Of a stretch of 64,000 bases of DNA, positions 1-9,265 are shown piece by piece. The stretch lies in assembly GCA_963667015.2 (NCBI GenBank), contig CAXXJJ010000001.1:256001-320000 (forward strand), read 5' to 3'. Source of the stretch: Desulfatiglandales bacterium (GTDB taxonomy: Bacteria > Desulfobacterota > DSM-4660 > Desulfatiglandales > HGW-15). The notes under the pieces are model-generated. The model was not told the origin of the DNA. It made no database searches and worked only from the letters and a program-made list of their open reading frames with translations. The translations under genes and the position numbers were made by a program. How positions within the stretch are numbered: the stretch's first letter is position 1; each line of letters opens with the position of its first letter.

Positions 1-1
1 T

Positions 2-124
2 CATGAATTTTGGGTAGATACCGAGGATAGATATCCCGAAGCATTGCGATGTTATCAAAACTTCGGATTTACAGTTGTGAATAGAAATAGTTCAGGGATT
101 CTTTTAAATAAAAAACTGCGATAG
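2..124 (+). CDS. 3' end of probable GNAT acetyltransferase cassette gene (partial at window edge)
   Basis: Frame reads HEFWVDTEDRYPEALRCYQNFGFTVV...KKLR*. The A-x-x-x-Y-x-x-x-GF pattern is typical of GNAT C-termini. The stop lies inside the following attC. Confidence 0.55.
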   Translation, partial: HEFWVDTEDRYPEALRCYQNFGFTVVNRNSSGILLNKKLR

Positions 125-194
125 CAAGCATTTGCACAAGGACAACCAACCGCGCTTTCGCGCTACCGGTCGCCTGTGAAACTTTTCGTTATTT
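119..194 (+). other. attC: attC site (degenerate R'')
   Basis: CGATAGC...TTGCACAAGG...CCTGTGAA...GTTATTT. The L arms pair with two extrahelical bases. It overlaps the upstream stop codon. Confidence 0.7.
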
Positions 195-476
195 TTAAAA
201 TCATGAGAACCGGAATCAGAATAATTGGCCATAGAGGCCATCCAGAAGTCACAAGAGGAGGCTTTGTTCTTATGGGAAGGAGTTACATATTATCTTAAAC
301 CTGAATCAAAAAGCTTTGAGATAGTGGAGCATTTAGATAATACTGAGATGGAAAACTTTTTCTTTTAAATGAAAATCAAACATTATTGGGCCATATTATT
401 GCTGCTTTTCGATTTGTACTAGCTAAACCAGTGTAACTTAAAATACTTATAAAATTTTAATAAATGCTAACAAACA

Positions 477-1100
477 ATGATCAAACCGACTGAAATATTT
501 CGCAATTTTGTGAAACTTGTAATGGGAAATACCATATCTGCACTGATTTGCATTGTCGTGGCATTCATCCTGTTTTTTTCTTCAGCCAATTTCGTTTCTG
601 TCATCTACCATGCCGATCACGAAATCTCATATTCGGGACGGATCATCGTCAGTGACTGTAACCCCCAATTCCAGAACCTCATCAAGAAGGATTCTAAAGA
701 CGATTGGAAGTCATCGTGCATGACGATTTACCAGATTAAGCTCGGAAATACGGGGGCATCCGACCAAGAAAATATCCGCATCCGCATGCCCCGGATTTCA
801 TTTCTGGTTCCACCGGACATCTCTGTTCAAGATCTCATCGCCAGCAATGAAAAGAAACAGACACCCGAAATTAAGGACAGTTCTCAGAATGACGGCGTCG
901 TGGTGTATGACATTTCACCGCTGCCGCAAAATACGCTCGTGACCATCAAGTTTAGCGCGGTCGGTATGGAAAACGCCCGCATGCTGGAATCCATGGAGAT
1001 TCATGTGGAGGCTTATGGTCGTATAGTCGAAAGCGATCCTCAAGCAACTGTTTTTGCTAGATTCCTGCACGAAATGTTTGGCTGGTTGCGAATATTCTAA
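477..1100 (+). CDS. Hypothetical membrane-anchored cassette protein
   Basis: 207-aa ORF with an N-terminal hydrophobic helix, followed by an attC. The true start may be a later Met. Confidence 0.7.
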   Translation: MIKPTEIFRNFVKLVMGNTISALICIVVAFILFFSSANFVSVIYHADHEISYSGRIIVSDCNPQFQNLIKKDSKDDWKSSCMTIYQIKLGNTGASDQENIRIRMPRISFLVPPDISVQDLIASNEKKQTPEIKDSSQNDGVVVYDISPLPQNTLVTIKFSAVGMENARMLESMEIHVEAYGRIVESDPQATVFARFLHEMFGWLRIF

Positions 1101-1134
1101 AGTGCAGCGCCGGATAGAATGACAATGCTGCAAT

Positions 1135-1214
1135 GCCCAACCTGCAATTTAACGCGGACTGGCCTACCTCTCTCACTCACTCTCGTCCATCCGGTTAATT
1201 GCGGCGTGTTAGCG
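1135..1214 (+). other. attC: attC site
   Basis: R'' GCCCAAC; GCAATTTAACGCGGA pairs with TCCGGTTAATTGC (two extrahelical bases); R' GTTAGCG. Confidence 0.85.
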
Positions 1215-1297
1215 GAGAATACTATGAAATTTTTTTTATCCTATCAGTCATAATTTATGCTTTATTTACATGCGAAATATGGAAGCTTAATATCAGC

Positions 1298-1361
1298 ACT
1301 TAACGAATCTGCTTCAGGTGACAGCGTAAAAACCACGTTGCTCCTGAGCAACACGTTAGGT
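1298..1361 (+). other. attC: attC site
   Basis: R'' ACTTAAC; TGCTTCAGGTGACAGCGT pairs imperfectly with ACGTTGCTCCTGAGCA; R' GTTAGGT, followed directly by the RBS AAAGGAGG. Confidence 0.85.
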
Positions 1362-1376
1362 CAAAGGAGGAACCAA

Positions 1377-1856
1377 ATGAAATGGTTTAAAATACTAATA
1401 ATGTTTATACTTTTTCAGTTCTTTTTTATTCCATATTCCGAATGCTCTGATGCGGATGACATTAAATCACTCGAAACTCACATGGTACAAAAATTAAAGG
1501 AAGTTGAGATCAAAGGTAGTGGACATCATTTAGTAGGTACAAAAAATCTATTGGCCTACAAAACAAGTTATGATCAATGGATATATATAAAAACCATCAA
1601 AACAAAAGATACGCGACAACATGTTTATCTGTTTAAAGAAGGCAATGACCTTAGAGCTATTGTTTGGGTTGATAAGGATGGCACCCCAATCAAAGTACCT
1701 CCTTATCCAGAAGGGGAACGCAACAAGTATACTATGGAGCCATCGTTTACAGTCATTACGCAGGATATTAATACGTATTCAGAAGTAATACCTGATCACG
1801 GTCTTATTCTTCTTATGTATCCTACAGACAAATGGATTGATGACCTAAAACAATAA
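1377..1856 (+). CDS. Hypothetical secreted cassette protein (start moved from 1257 to 1377)
   Basis: ATG at 1377 follows AAAGGAGG just after the attC. MKWFKILIMFILFQFFF is a signal-like N-terminus. Confidence 0.75.
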   Translation: MKWFKILIMFILFQFFFIPYSECSDADDIKSLETHMVQKLKEVEIKGSGHHLVGTKNLLAYKTSYDQWIYIKTIKTKDTRQHVYLFKEGNDLRAIVWVDKDGTPIKVPPYPEGERNKYTMEPSFTVITQDINTYSEVIPDHGLILLMYPTDKWIDDLKQ

Positions 1857-1990
1857 AAACATACAAACTGAGCCTGTAAAGGACCCTGACCCATCACAGG
1901 CCGGGTATATGGGTGAAAATTAGACCGTGTGGAATCAGCGATGAAAGTCAGTGATTATTTAGAGGAAGAATAAGGCATGGACAATAAGTC

Positions 1991-2045
1991 TTATTACCGC
2001 TTAACTGTGACCGGGCGATAAAACGCAGCCCTTTGTTTGTTATAC
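1991..2045 (+). other. Decayed attC (right L arm apparently deleted)
   Basis: ACCGCTTAACTGTGACCGGGCGATAAAACGCAGCCC...GTTATAC, immediately before the RBS and ATG of the next ORF. Confidence 0.45.
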
Positions 2046-2065
2046 TAATCAAGGAGGAGTTTTAA

Positions 2066-2398
2066 ATGGAATTACCTATTACAGGCGGGTGTATGTGTAA
2101 ATCAATACGATATAAATGCATGGCTGAATTTTTTATGATGGGAAATTGTCACTGTCGGGATTGCCAGTATTCAAGCGGCAATGGCCACTCTTCATTATTT
2201 TCAGCGCCTGTCAGCGCACTAAAAATCACCGTAAACCCCAAATACTATGAGTCGCTTTCAGACGACGGGATTAAAGTCTGGCGTGGATTTTGCCCCGAGT
2301 GTGGCAGCCCTCTTTTTTCCATGAATGATACCTATAAAGAAAAATTTATTAATATCAAACAAAATGCTGGATGTTTAATAGTACGAAAAGGAGTATAA
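2066..2398 (+). CDS. GFA/CENP-V family Zn-binding protein, C-terminally truncated
   Basis: GGCMC, CHCRDCQ and RGFCPECGSPLF motifs. The usual C-terminal segment (LDDP...P...HIW-like) is missing. Confidence 0.8.
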   Translation: MELPITGGCMCKSIRYKCMAEFFMMGNCHCRDCQYSSGNGHSSLFSAPVSALKITVNPKYYESLSDDGIKVWRGFCPECGSPLFSMNDTYKEKFINIKQNAGCLIVRKGV

Positions 2399-2401
2399 AA
2401 T

Positions 2402-3298
2402 ATGAAGAAAGCTATTCTTGTTTTACTTTTCTCATTTGTCACCCATAGCCTTGTGTTTGCCCAGACTCAAACAAGCGTTGTTGAAACAGGGGCTAAACTC
2501 GTTAAACTCTCCGGGGAATTTAAATTTACAGAGGGCCCTGCTGTTGACAAAGTCGGCAATATTTATTTTACAGACCAGCCCAATGACCGGATAATGAAGT
2601 GGAGCATAGATGAAAAGCTGACGACATTCATGCAGCCAAGCGGTCGATCAAACGGTCTATATTTCGACCTGCAGGGAAAACTAATTGCCTGCGCTGACAA
2701 TAATAACGAACTCTGGATAATAGATTTAAATGGAAACAGGAAAACCATTCTCAATAATTATGAGGGAAAGCTGCTCAATGGTCCAAACGATGCATGGGTC
2801 AGACCTCAAGATAATGCTATATACTTTACAGATCCTTTTTATAAGCGTGATTACTGGAAACGGGGTCCAATGGAGCAGGATGGACAGCATGTTTACTATG
2901 TGTCTCCTGATCGAAAGACAGTAAAACGTGTCGCCAGTGATCTTACACAGCCGAACGGAATCATTGGAACGCCCGACGGTTCTACTTTGTACATCGCTGA
3001 TATCGGTGCATGGACAACCTTTGTTTTCGATATTAATAAGGACGGCACATTAGATAATAAGCGGATCTTCTGCTCCATGGGTTCGGATGGCATGACAATC
3101 GACAGTGATGGGAATATCTACTTAACCGGACAGGGAGTTACTGTTTTTAACAGGGAAGGCAATAAGATCAGTACAATATCTGTCCCCGAGGAATGGACCG
3201 GTAACGTATGCATCGGTGGCAAAGACCGTAAAACCCTTTTCATAACAGCAAGTACGGGGCTGTATGCAATTAAACTACGAGTCAAGGGTGCCTATTGA
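2402..3298 (+). CDS. SMP-30/gluconolactonase/LRE family protein, secreted
   Basis: FTEGP, PND, PNGI, DGMTID motifs; signal peptide. Confidence 0.9.
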   Translation: MKKAILVLLFSFVTHSLVFAQTQTSVVETGAKLVKLSGEFKFTEGPAVDKVGNIYFTDQPNDRIMKWSIDEKLTTFMQPSGRSNGLYFDLQGKLIACADNNNELWIIDLNGNRKTILNNYEGKLLNGPNDAWVRPQDNAIYFTDPFYKRDYWKRGPMEQDGQHVYYVSPDRKTVKRVASDLTQPNGIIGTPDGSTLYIADIGAWTTFVFDINKDGTLDNKRIFCSMGSDGMTIDSDGNIYLTGQGVTVFNREGNKISTISVPEEWTGNVCIGGKDRKTLFITASTGLYAIKLRVKGAY

Positions 3299-3353
3299 AC
3301 GCCTGGCATTTTTCACTGTAAAGAAGATACGGAAGAGCTTACAGTTACTTTAA

Positions 3354-3806
3354 ATGAGGAAACAAATGGAGCAAATTAATAATGCTGTAAATAAATTTAA
3401 TCAAGGGTATGCCTGCTCTCAGGCCATTCTTTCTGAATATTGTGAACTGTTCAATATGGACATTGAAACAGCTCTGAAACTGGCTGCCGGATTTGCCGGT
3501 GGTATGCGTTTTGGCGGGACCTGCGGCGCTGTTACAGGTGCATTTATGGTGCTAGGCTTGAGACATGGCACTCAAAATTGCGAAAAACCTGATGAGCGTA
3601 AAAATGTGTATGATGCAGTGTGTGAATTTACAAAAAGCTTTAAAGAAATACACGGCTCAACAAGTTGTGAAACCCTGCTTGGTTGTAATATAGGTACGCC
3701 GGATGGTATGCAGAAAGCAAAAGAAGATAATTTATTCCATACTCTCTGCCCTGAATATATAAAAAGCTCGGCTGAACTGCTGGAAATTATCCTCAGTAAA
3801 AAATAA
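3354..3806 (+). CDS. C-GCAxxG-C-C family putative redox protein (start may be 3366)
   Basis: CSQA, FAGGM...TCGAVTG, C..LLG and C-terminal Cys pattern. Confidence 0.88.
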   Translation: MRKQMEQINNAVNKFNQGYACSQAILSEYCELFNMDIETALKLAAGFAGGMRFGGTCGAVTGAFMVLGLRHGTQNCEKPDERKNVYDAVCEFTKSFKEIHGSTSCETLLGCNIGTPDGMQKAKEDNLFHTLCPEYIKSSAELLEIILSKK

Positions 3807-4030
3807 AAACGTTACTCAGGTTAATATTTAAATCCGGTACTTTGTATTCTTTAAAAGTGCTATACTTAGGGTTTCAAAGGGTACTAACCAAGTTTTATGT
3901 TTAATGGTCTCTTTTTATTGATAAAATGATTGGACACAATCACCTGATAACCCCTTGAGTTTCTAGTCCCTTTCTCCATGCTAACTGGGAGAAGAACCTA
4001 TTTTAGTTAAGGATAATAAAGGAGGTAAAT

Positions 4031-4447
4031 ATGGATCGCTATTTTAAGATGTTGATTTTTATAGCGGCTGTCATCATATCCACAGTCTTTAATCCGGTTC
4101 TCCTCCAGGCCGATGATTCGAAGCAGATCACTACACCGGCGCAGGCCGCAAAACATGCAGCAAAACTCGCAAATGAAAAATGCCGGATGGAATTTGGCTG
4201 CTCACCATTTAAGCCTGAATCATACAAGGCTGAGCTGGCAGGCTCAAAATGGCGCTGGGGTAAGATTGAGCCGATAGGCATTCATGGTTATTCTGCAAAA
4301 GTTGAATTCTGTAAGGATGGTTCGGATGAAGATGTGAGGGTTGTTTTTCATACGGATGTAATTGATGACAAATACAGGGCCCAAGAGAATGAGATTCCGA
4401 TAGAAAAGAGGAAAAAGATAAAAAAGCTGGAAAACCTGTTACCCTGA
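4031..4447 (+). CDS. Hypothetical secreted protein
   Basis: RBS AAAGGAGG; signal peptide ending LQA-DD. Confidence 0.7.
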   Translation: MDRYFKMLIFIAAVIISTVFNPVLLQADDSKQITTPAQAAKHAAKLANEKCRMEFGCSPFKPESYKAELAGSKWRWGKIEPIGIHGYSAKVEFCKDGSDEDVRVVFHTDVIDDKYRAQENEIPIEKRKKIKKLENLLP

Positions 4448-4490
4448 ACCATATAAGGATTTTTCGCTGTATATTAAAAAAGGAATAAAT

Positions 4491-4853
4491 ATGCCCATAA
4501 AGATTGATCAGCCAATGATTATAGAAGCAGCAGGAAATAAATTCAAAAGAATTGAAGAATATATCGGTCGTGTAAATTCCCAAACACCGGAAGTCAGCAT
4601 AGCACGCATGGTAAGCCCTTCCGGGTGGATTGAGCCGGGCCAGAAGGCGCAATTCACCGAGTATACAGTCGTATTAAAAGGGATATTACAGGTTAAGACA
4701 GGATCTGAAGTGTTTAATGTCAGTGCTGGTGAAGCTATTACAGTAAATGCAGGTGAGTGGGTTCAATACAGCACCCCCGGTGATGACGGTGCGGAATATA
4801 TCTCGGTCTGTATCCCGGCATTTTCACAAAACACGGTTCACAGGGATGAATAA
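4491..4853 (+). CDS. Cupin domain protein
   Basis: IEEYIGRVNS...GWIEPGQ...EYTVVLKG...GEWVQYSTP cupin pattern. Confidence 0.85.
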   Translation: MPIKIDQPMIIEAAGNKFKRIEEYIGRVNSQTPEVSIARMVSPSGWIEPGQKAQFTEYTVVLKGILQVKTGSEVFNVSAGEAITVNAGEWVQYSTPGDDGAEYISVCIPAFSQNTVHRDE

Positions 4854-4938
4854 AAAATAGTATAATCCACTGCCCGGCCGGAACCGCCTAATACGCCTGC
4901 CGGTTATCATAAACGGTTTGATTGGCAAAGGAGCCTAA

Positions 4939-5100
4939 ATGATGGAAAGCCTCATATCACTTGTCTGCCTTTACTTATATGGAACAGTCATTGTGGTTGG
5001 CCTTGGCATCGCTATCCAATTGATACGGAACAATAGATCAAAGAAGCAAAAGGAGGAGCCAGTGCCCGGAAGCACGGATAACTCCCCTCGTGAGGAATAA
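4939..5100 (+). CDS. Small single-pass membrane protein, 53 aa (below ORF-track cutoff)
   Basis: RBS AAAGGAG, then MMESLISLVCLYLYGTVIVVGLGIAIQLIRNNRSKKQKEEPVPGSTDNSPREE*: a hydrophobic helix followed by basic residues. Confidence 0.6.
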   Translation: MMESLISLVCLYLYGTVIVVGLGIAIQLIRNNRSKKQKEEPVPGSTDNSPREE

Positions 5101-5176
5101 CAGACTGATGACCAGTATTAAATATTACAATATTGGAAATCTATTCTAACTAAGTTAACATTTTCAGGAGGAGAAA

Positions 5177-5497
5177 ATGATTGAGGTATGCTTATTGTTT
5201 AACATGTATAAAGATGTAGATGAAGACCAGTATGCAGCATGGGCAAAAAAGGCTATTGTGCCGCTCCTCAAATCACCGGGTATTGTTGAATTCAAGGCGC
5301 ACCGCAATATTCTGGGAACACCTCAGGTCCGGCTTACTACAATCTGGAAAAGCCTGAATGACTGGGCAGTGTTTGCGGAATCTCCGGCATGGCCTGATCT
5401 GACGGGAGAGCTGTCCAAAAAATTTGCTGCAAATATTGAAATGACCATCTGGAGGCCATCTCACATTGCTCCTGAACCGCTGCGACCGGCCAGATAA
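5177..5497 (+). CDS. Dimeric alpha/beta-barrel (ABM-like) protein
   Basis: RBS AGGAGG; PG...F...W.S..DW..F..S..W pattern. Confidence 0.6.
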   Translation: MIEVCLLFNMYKDVDEDQYAAWAKKAIVPLLKSPGIVEFKAHRNILGTPQVRLTTIWKSLNDWAVFAESPAWPDLTGELSKKFAANIEMTIWRPSHIAPEPLRPAR

Positions 5498-5625
5498 GAA
5501 GGCCAATAATTTCTGTTCTGCTGTGCCATGTATCATACGGTATTTTTCCTTAAAGATATTTTTGCATTTTTTCGATGTTATATTAAACAGATAGAAATAC
5601 CCCTCGACCTTTAGCAAGGTTATTA

Positions 5626-8214
5626 ATGATAAAATACCGGGTCTATATAAAATCAAAAAACAGTAAAAATGCCCTAATTGAAGGCGCTGAAAAACTCGGC
5701 ATTGACCCTTCTCTTGCCCGGGTTTGTGAAGAAGATGGTGAGAATTTCGTCATTTCCAAAATCAACTCACCGGGCGAGTTCGAGATAGATACCAGGGATG
5801 ACAGGCTGGCGGCTGTCTTAAGAACAATTACACCTCCATCAGGAACCGGCAAACCTGTTACGGTTGAAGACATTGAAAAGTCTCTTTCGGAAATGGGAAT
5901 AGTATTCGGTATTGATAAGGAGATTATTTCCGCAACCGTAAGAGAGGTAAAGGAAACAGGAAAAACCAGGAAAAATATTATTATCGCAAAAGGGAATCCT
6001 CCTGAAAAAGGTAAAAAGGCAATAATAGAATTAAAGACAGGAAGAGATGCCCTGAACAAAGATCCAAAGGCATCCGTCATGGTAAAACCGGGACAGGTTG
6101 TTGCAGTTAAGATTCCAGCCACACCGGGAAACCCCGGGAAGGATATTTTCGGCGAAGAGCTCCCCCCCATCCCCGGTGAAGATGTTGAATATCTTCCGGG
6201 TGAAAATGTCTTTATAAAGGACAACAGCTACATCTCTGTGGCCTATGGCGCTGCCAGGGGTACATGGCAGGGAATATCAGTTACTGATTATGTCAGGATA
6301 AGCAGGGACAATATGTATGTGGAAATGACCCTGTTTCCTGTGCTCGCGGATAACAGCAGCCTTTCCCCTGATGAGATAGAAGGAATTCTTAAGGGAAGGG
6401 GAATAAAATACGGCATAAAGACTGAAGCTATACGGGAGATACTTGAAAAGAGTGAACCGATTGAAAATTTCAGGGTTGCCGAGGCTGTTCCGGCAAAAGA
6501 CGGTACTGATGTAAAAATTAACTATGAGTTTAAATTAAACGGTATTGATCCGGAAGAGGTGGATAAACAAAGAATTGAAGGAACCATTGATCCTCTTACG
6601 GTCACGAGGGATATTTTTATGGGGGGGGAGATCCTTGCCAGGAAGATTCCTGCAGTGAAACCGGAAGACGGAAGGTCTGTAACAGGCGAAGTGCTGAAAG
6701 GCGCTAAACCAAAGGACAGGAAGATCAGGGCCGGCGATAATGTTGAGTCAAGGGATAATGGAATGATGTTTGTAGTAAGTGAAGGAATCACGGCAGGATA
6801 TGCAGACTATTCCGGAGAAACAATATCTGTTGAGAATCCCTTATCCCTTGCAGAAGAAAATTTATCCGCCAGCATAAAGGTGTATCCCTCATCCTCAAAA
6901 AAAAGAATGCTCACGATTGACATGATAAAAAATATTGTTACACAGTCAGGCATACGATACGGGATAGATTTCGAGGAGATAGAAAAATTTTTAACGTCAG
7001 CCATAAAAAACACATTCCCTCCCAAGAGCTTTAATATCGCAAGAGGCAAGGCGCCTGATGATGGAAAGGACGCTGCGATCGATATCATGTTTGACAAAGA
7101 CAAACATGCCGGCTCTCTTGTTGGCAAAACAGATCGCATGGATTTCAGGGAACAGTCATTTATACATAATGTAAAAAAAGGCGATAACCTTGCAAAAAAA
7201 ATCCTGCTGACAAAAGGAACTGATGGAAAAAACATTTTTGGTGAAGTAATTCCTTCATCTCCGGGCAGGGACATAAAGCTTGATCCTGGAGCAAATGTGC
7301 ATCTTTATGATGATGTTCTGATCGCTGACATGGATGGGATGGTATTTGTTTCGGATGGAAACAAGGTATCCGTCCTGCAAAGCACCGAGATTCCGGGTGA
7401 CATCGACATGCACACCGGAAACCTCACCATGGAAGGTTCGCTCGTTATTAAGGGCTGGGTCTGCACAGGATTTGTTGTGCGTGCCAGCGGAGAGGTTCAC
7501 GTAGGCAGGGGAATCGAGCAGGCATCAGTAGACGCGGGCAAAGGGCTGTATATACATGGCGGAATACTGGGAAATGACAGCGCAAATATCCTTTCAGGCG
7601 GAAAACTCACAGCCTTTTTTATCGAAAATGCCCGTGTTTATGCAAAGGGAGACATAGTAATCCGTGATGATATAAGAAACAGCAGCGTCTCAACCAGCAG
7701 CTCTATTGATGCCACCGGAGGAAAAGGCCGCATTATTGGTGGGACTGTCACTGCATTCAGGGGGATAAAGGTAAATGAAACAGGTTCCGCAGCAGGGGTG
7801 AAAACCAGCATAGTTGTGGGGGTTGACCCGGAGACAGCAAGGCGGATGGAAAAAATATCAAAAAGCCTTGAGGACTTTAAACGCCAGAGGGCTAAAATAG
7901 ACATGTATCTTGTCAGGTTTTCAAATAAGAGGAAGCTGGCCGAACTTCCTAAAAGCATCAGGTTCAGGCTGGAAAAACTTATTACACAGAGACGTAATAT
8001 TGTGCAGATGGAGGCAAAGCTTACAAAATACAGAGAGAAGCTTATAAAAAAGGAAAATGTGAGAGAATCTAAACCGCCTTCTCTTACAGTAAATAAAACA
8101 GTATATGCAGGTACAAGAATAACAATAGAGAACTCCGTTCTTGAAATTAAGGAAGATATTTCAGGAAAGGTAAAATTTTATCTGGATGAAAATAACCGGA
8201 TAACCTATAGATAA
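5626..8214 (+). CDS. FapA (DUF342) family protein with expanded N-terminal repeats
   Basis: Repeated GI.(F/Y)GI...IA.G..P..G.D and K.P...G..G...G modules, beta-helix region (GDIDMHTGNL; GRIIGG) and C-terminal coiled coil. Confidence 0.85.
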   Translation: MIKYRVYIKSKNSKNALIEGAEKLGIDPSLARVCEEDGENFVISKINSPGEFEIDTRDDRLAAVLRTITPPSGTGKPVTVEDIEKSLSEMGIVFGIDKEIISATVREVKETGKTRKNIIIAKGNPPEKGKKAIIELKTGRDALNKDPKASVMVKPGQVVAVKIPATPGNPGKDIFGEELPPIPGEDVEYLPGENVFIKDNSYISVAYGAARGTWQGISVTDYVRISRDNMYVEMTLFPVLADNSSLSPDEIEGILKGRGIKYGIKTEAIREILEKSEPIENFRVAEAVPAKDGTDVKINYEFKLNGIDPEEVDKQRIEGTIDPLTVTRDIFMGGEILARKIPAVKPEDGRSVTGEVLKGAKPKDRKIRAGDNVESRDNGMMFVVSEGITAGYADYSGETISVENPLSLAEENLSASIKVYPSSSKKRMLTIDMIKNIVTQSGIRYGIDFEEIEKFLTSAIKNTFPPKSFNIARGKAPDDGKDAAIDIMFDKDKHAGSLVGKTDRMDFREQSFIHNVKKGDNLAKKILLTKGTDGKNIFGEVIPSSPGRDIKLDPGANVHLYDDVLIADMDGMVFVSDGNKVSVLQSTEIPGDIDMHTGNLTMEGSLVIKGWVCTGFVVRASGEVHVGRGIEQASVDAGKGLYIHGGILGNDSANILSGGKLTAFFIENARVYAKGDIVIRDDIRNSSVSTSSSIDATGGKGRIIGGTVTAFRGIKVNETGSAAGVKTSIVVGVDPETARRMEKISKSLEDFKRQRAKIDMYLVRFSNKRKLAELPKSIRFRLEKLITQRRNIVQMEAKLTKYREKLIKKENVRESKPPSLTVNKTVYAGTRITIENSVLEIKEDISGKVKFYLDENNRITYR

Positions 8215-8239
8215 AAATCCCTGAGAGGAGGATATAAGT

Positions 8240-8641
8240 ATGAATGCAAAATCAGTAAGGGTTGGTGATTTGATGAACAGGAATGTAAAATCCATCGATA
8301 AAAACACCACAATCATCTCCGCAGGAAAACAGATGATGGAGAAACATGTTTCCAGTTTTATTATAGAGCCCGATAATCAACTCGATACATTCGGGATAAT
8401 TACACGAAAGGATGTGGTTGAGACCCTTATAATGGCAGGTGCCGGAGAGACCGCTATCCTTGTTAAGGATGTGATGACAAAACCTTCTATTACAGTGAGC
8501 CCTGCGCTGTCCATATATAACTGCCATCAGATGATGCTTATGGTTGGCGTAAGGCGAATGCCTGTTGTTGAAGGAAACAAACTGGTAGGGATCATCAGCA
8601 ACAGCGACATATTAAAGAATATTGTAGGTGGGGATTTATGA
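8240..8641 (+). CDS. CBS domain protein
   Basis: Two CBS repeats (VGDLM...GIITRKD; VKDVMT...RRMPVV...LVGIIS.SD). Confidence 0.9.
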   Translation: MNAKSVRVGDLMNRNVKSIDKNTTIISAGKQMMEKHVSSFIIEPDNQLDTFGIITRKDVVETLIMAGAGETAILVKDVMTKPSITVSPALSIYNCHQMMLMVGVRRMPVVEGNKLVGIISNSDILKNIVGGDL

Positions 8642-9247
8642 TAATGGATGTTTTTCCATTTTTGACAAAACGGTTGATGAACCTGCACCGCAGCTTATTA
8701 TGGATCTCATAGCCTCTTCTATGGGAACCCTGACCGGATGCACAAGACGCTGCGGCAGATGATATATCAGGCCGGAGGTCGGATTGGGGCCAGTGGGGAT
8801 AAAGACCGTGCACATTCCGTCTTCGTGCTCATCGGTTATAAACCCGGTTGCAAGAACTTCGTTATCAAATAACTGGACAAGGGCAACTGAAGAGAATGGC
8901 GGCTTACTTTTACCCAGAAACTGAAATATCGTCTCTTTTATCAGCATGTACCCCGGGGCCTTAAGAAAGATTTTTGATTCCAGGAGTGAATGCATCCACT
9001 TGCCTGCCTTTGTTCGAACAATGACCCCCACTATAAAACAGGTTAAAATTAAAAGAGCGATTACAAGTATATCTGCAACCAGCCCCTGGATTGGAGATTT
9101 CTCCATTACAATAATTGTTAAAGGACTTATGACCTTTCTGATAAACCCGAAAATCCAGGTTAGAATAAACAGGAATATTGTCACGGGGAGAATAACGATA
9201 AGTCCACCCACGATGGCATTTTTAAGGAATAACTTCAGTCTTGTCAT
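8636..9247 (-). CDS. DUF502 family membrane protein
   Basis: GLIVILP..., TVFIPTGPNPTSG, EEAMRSIISCG motifs. Confidence 0.88.
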   Translation of the reverse strand: MTRLKLFLKNAIVGGLIVILPVTIFLFILTWIFGFIRKVISPLTIIVMEKSPIQGLVADILVIALLILTCFIVGVIVRTKAGKWMHSLLESKIFLKAPGYMLIKETIFQFLGKSKPPFSSVALVQLFDNEVLATGFITDEHEDGMCTVFIPTGPNPTSGLIYHLPQRLVHPVRVPIEEAMRSIISCGAGSSTVLSKMEKHPLS

Positions 9248-9265
9248 TTTTTAAACCCGTCTCTG

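Larger units (their letters stand above)
1..5500 (+). mobile_element. Integron gene-cassette array, distal part (possibly a CALIN); integrase not in window
   Basis: Run of short, unrelated, co-oriented ORFs. attC-like imperfect palindromes ending in GTT-containing R' boxes at 119-194, 1135-1214 and 1298-1361; decayed ones at about 1991-2045 and 4860-4921. Right boundary uncertain. Confidence 0.8.

Noticed and set aside
465..525. Possible additional attC (TGCTAAC...TCAAACCGAC...TGTGAAACTTGTAAT)
   Set aside because: R''-like start, but no convincing pairing arm or GTT R' box; too degenerate to call.
1257..1376. N-terminal extension of the 1257-1856 ORF
   Set aside because: It runs through an attC site. 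The ATG at 1377 has a strong RBS and begins a signal peptide.
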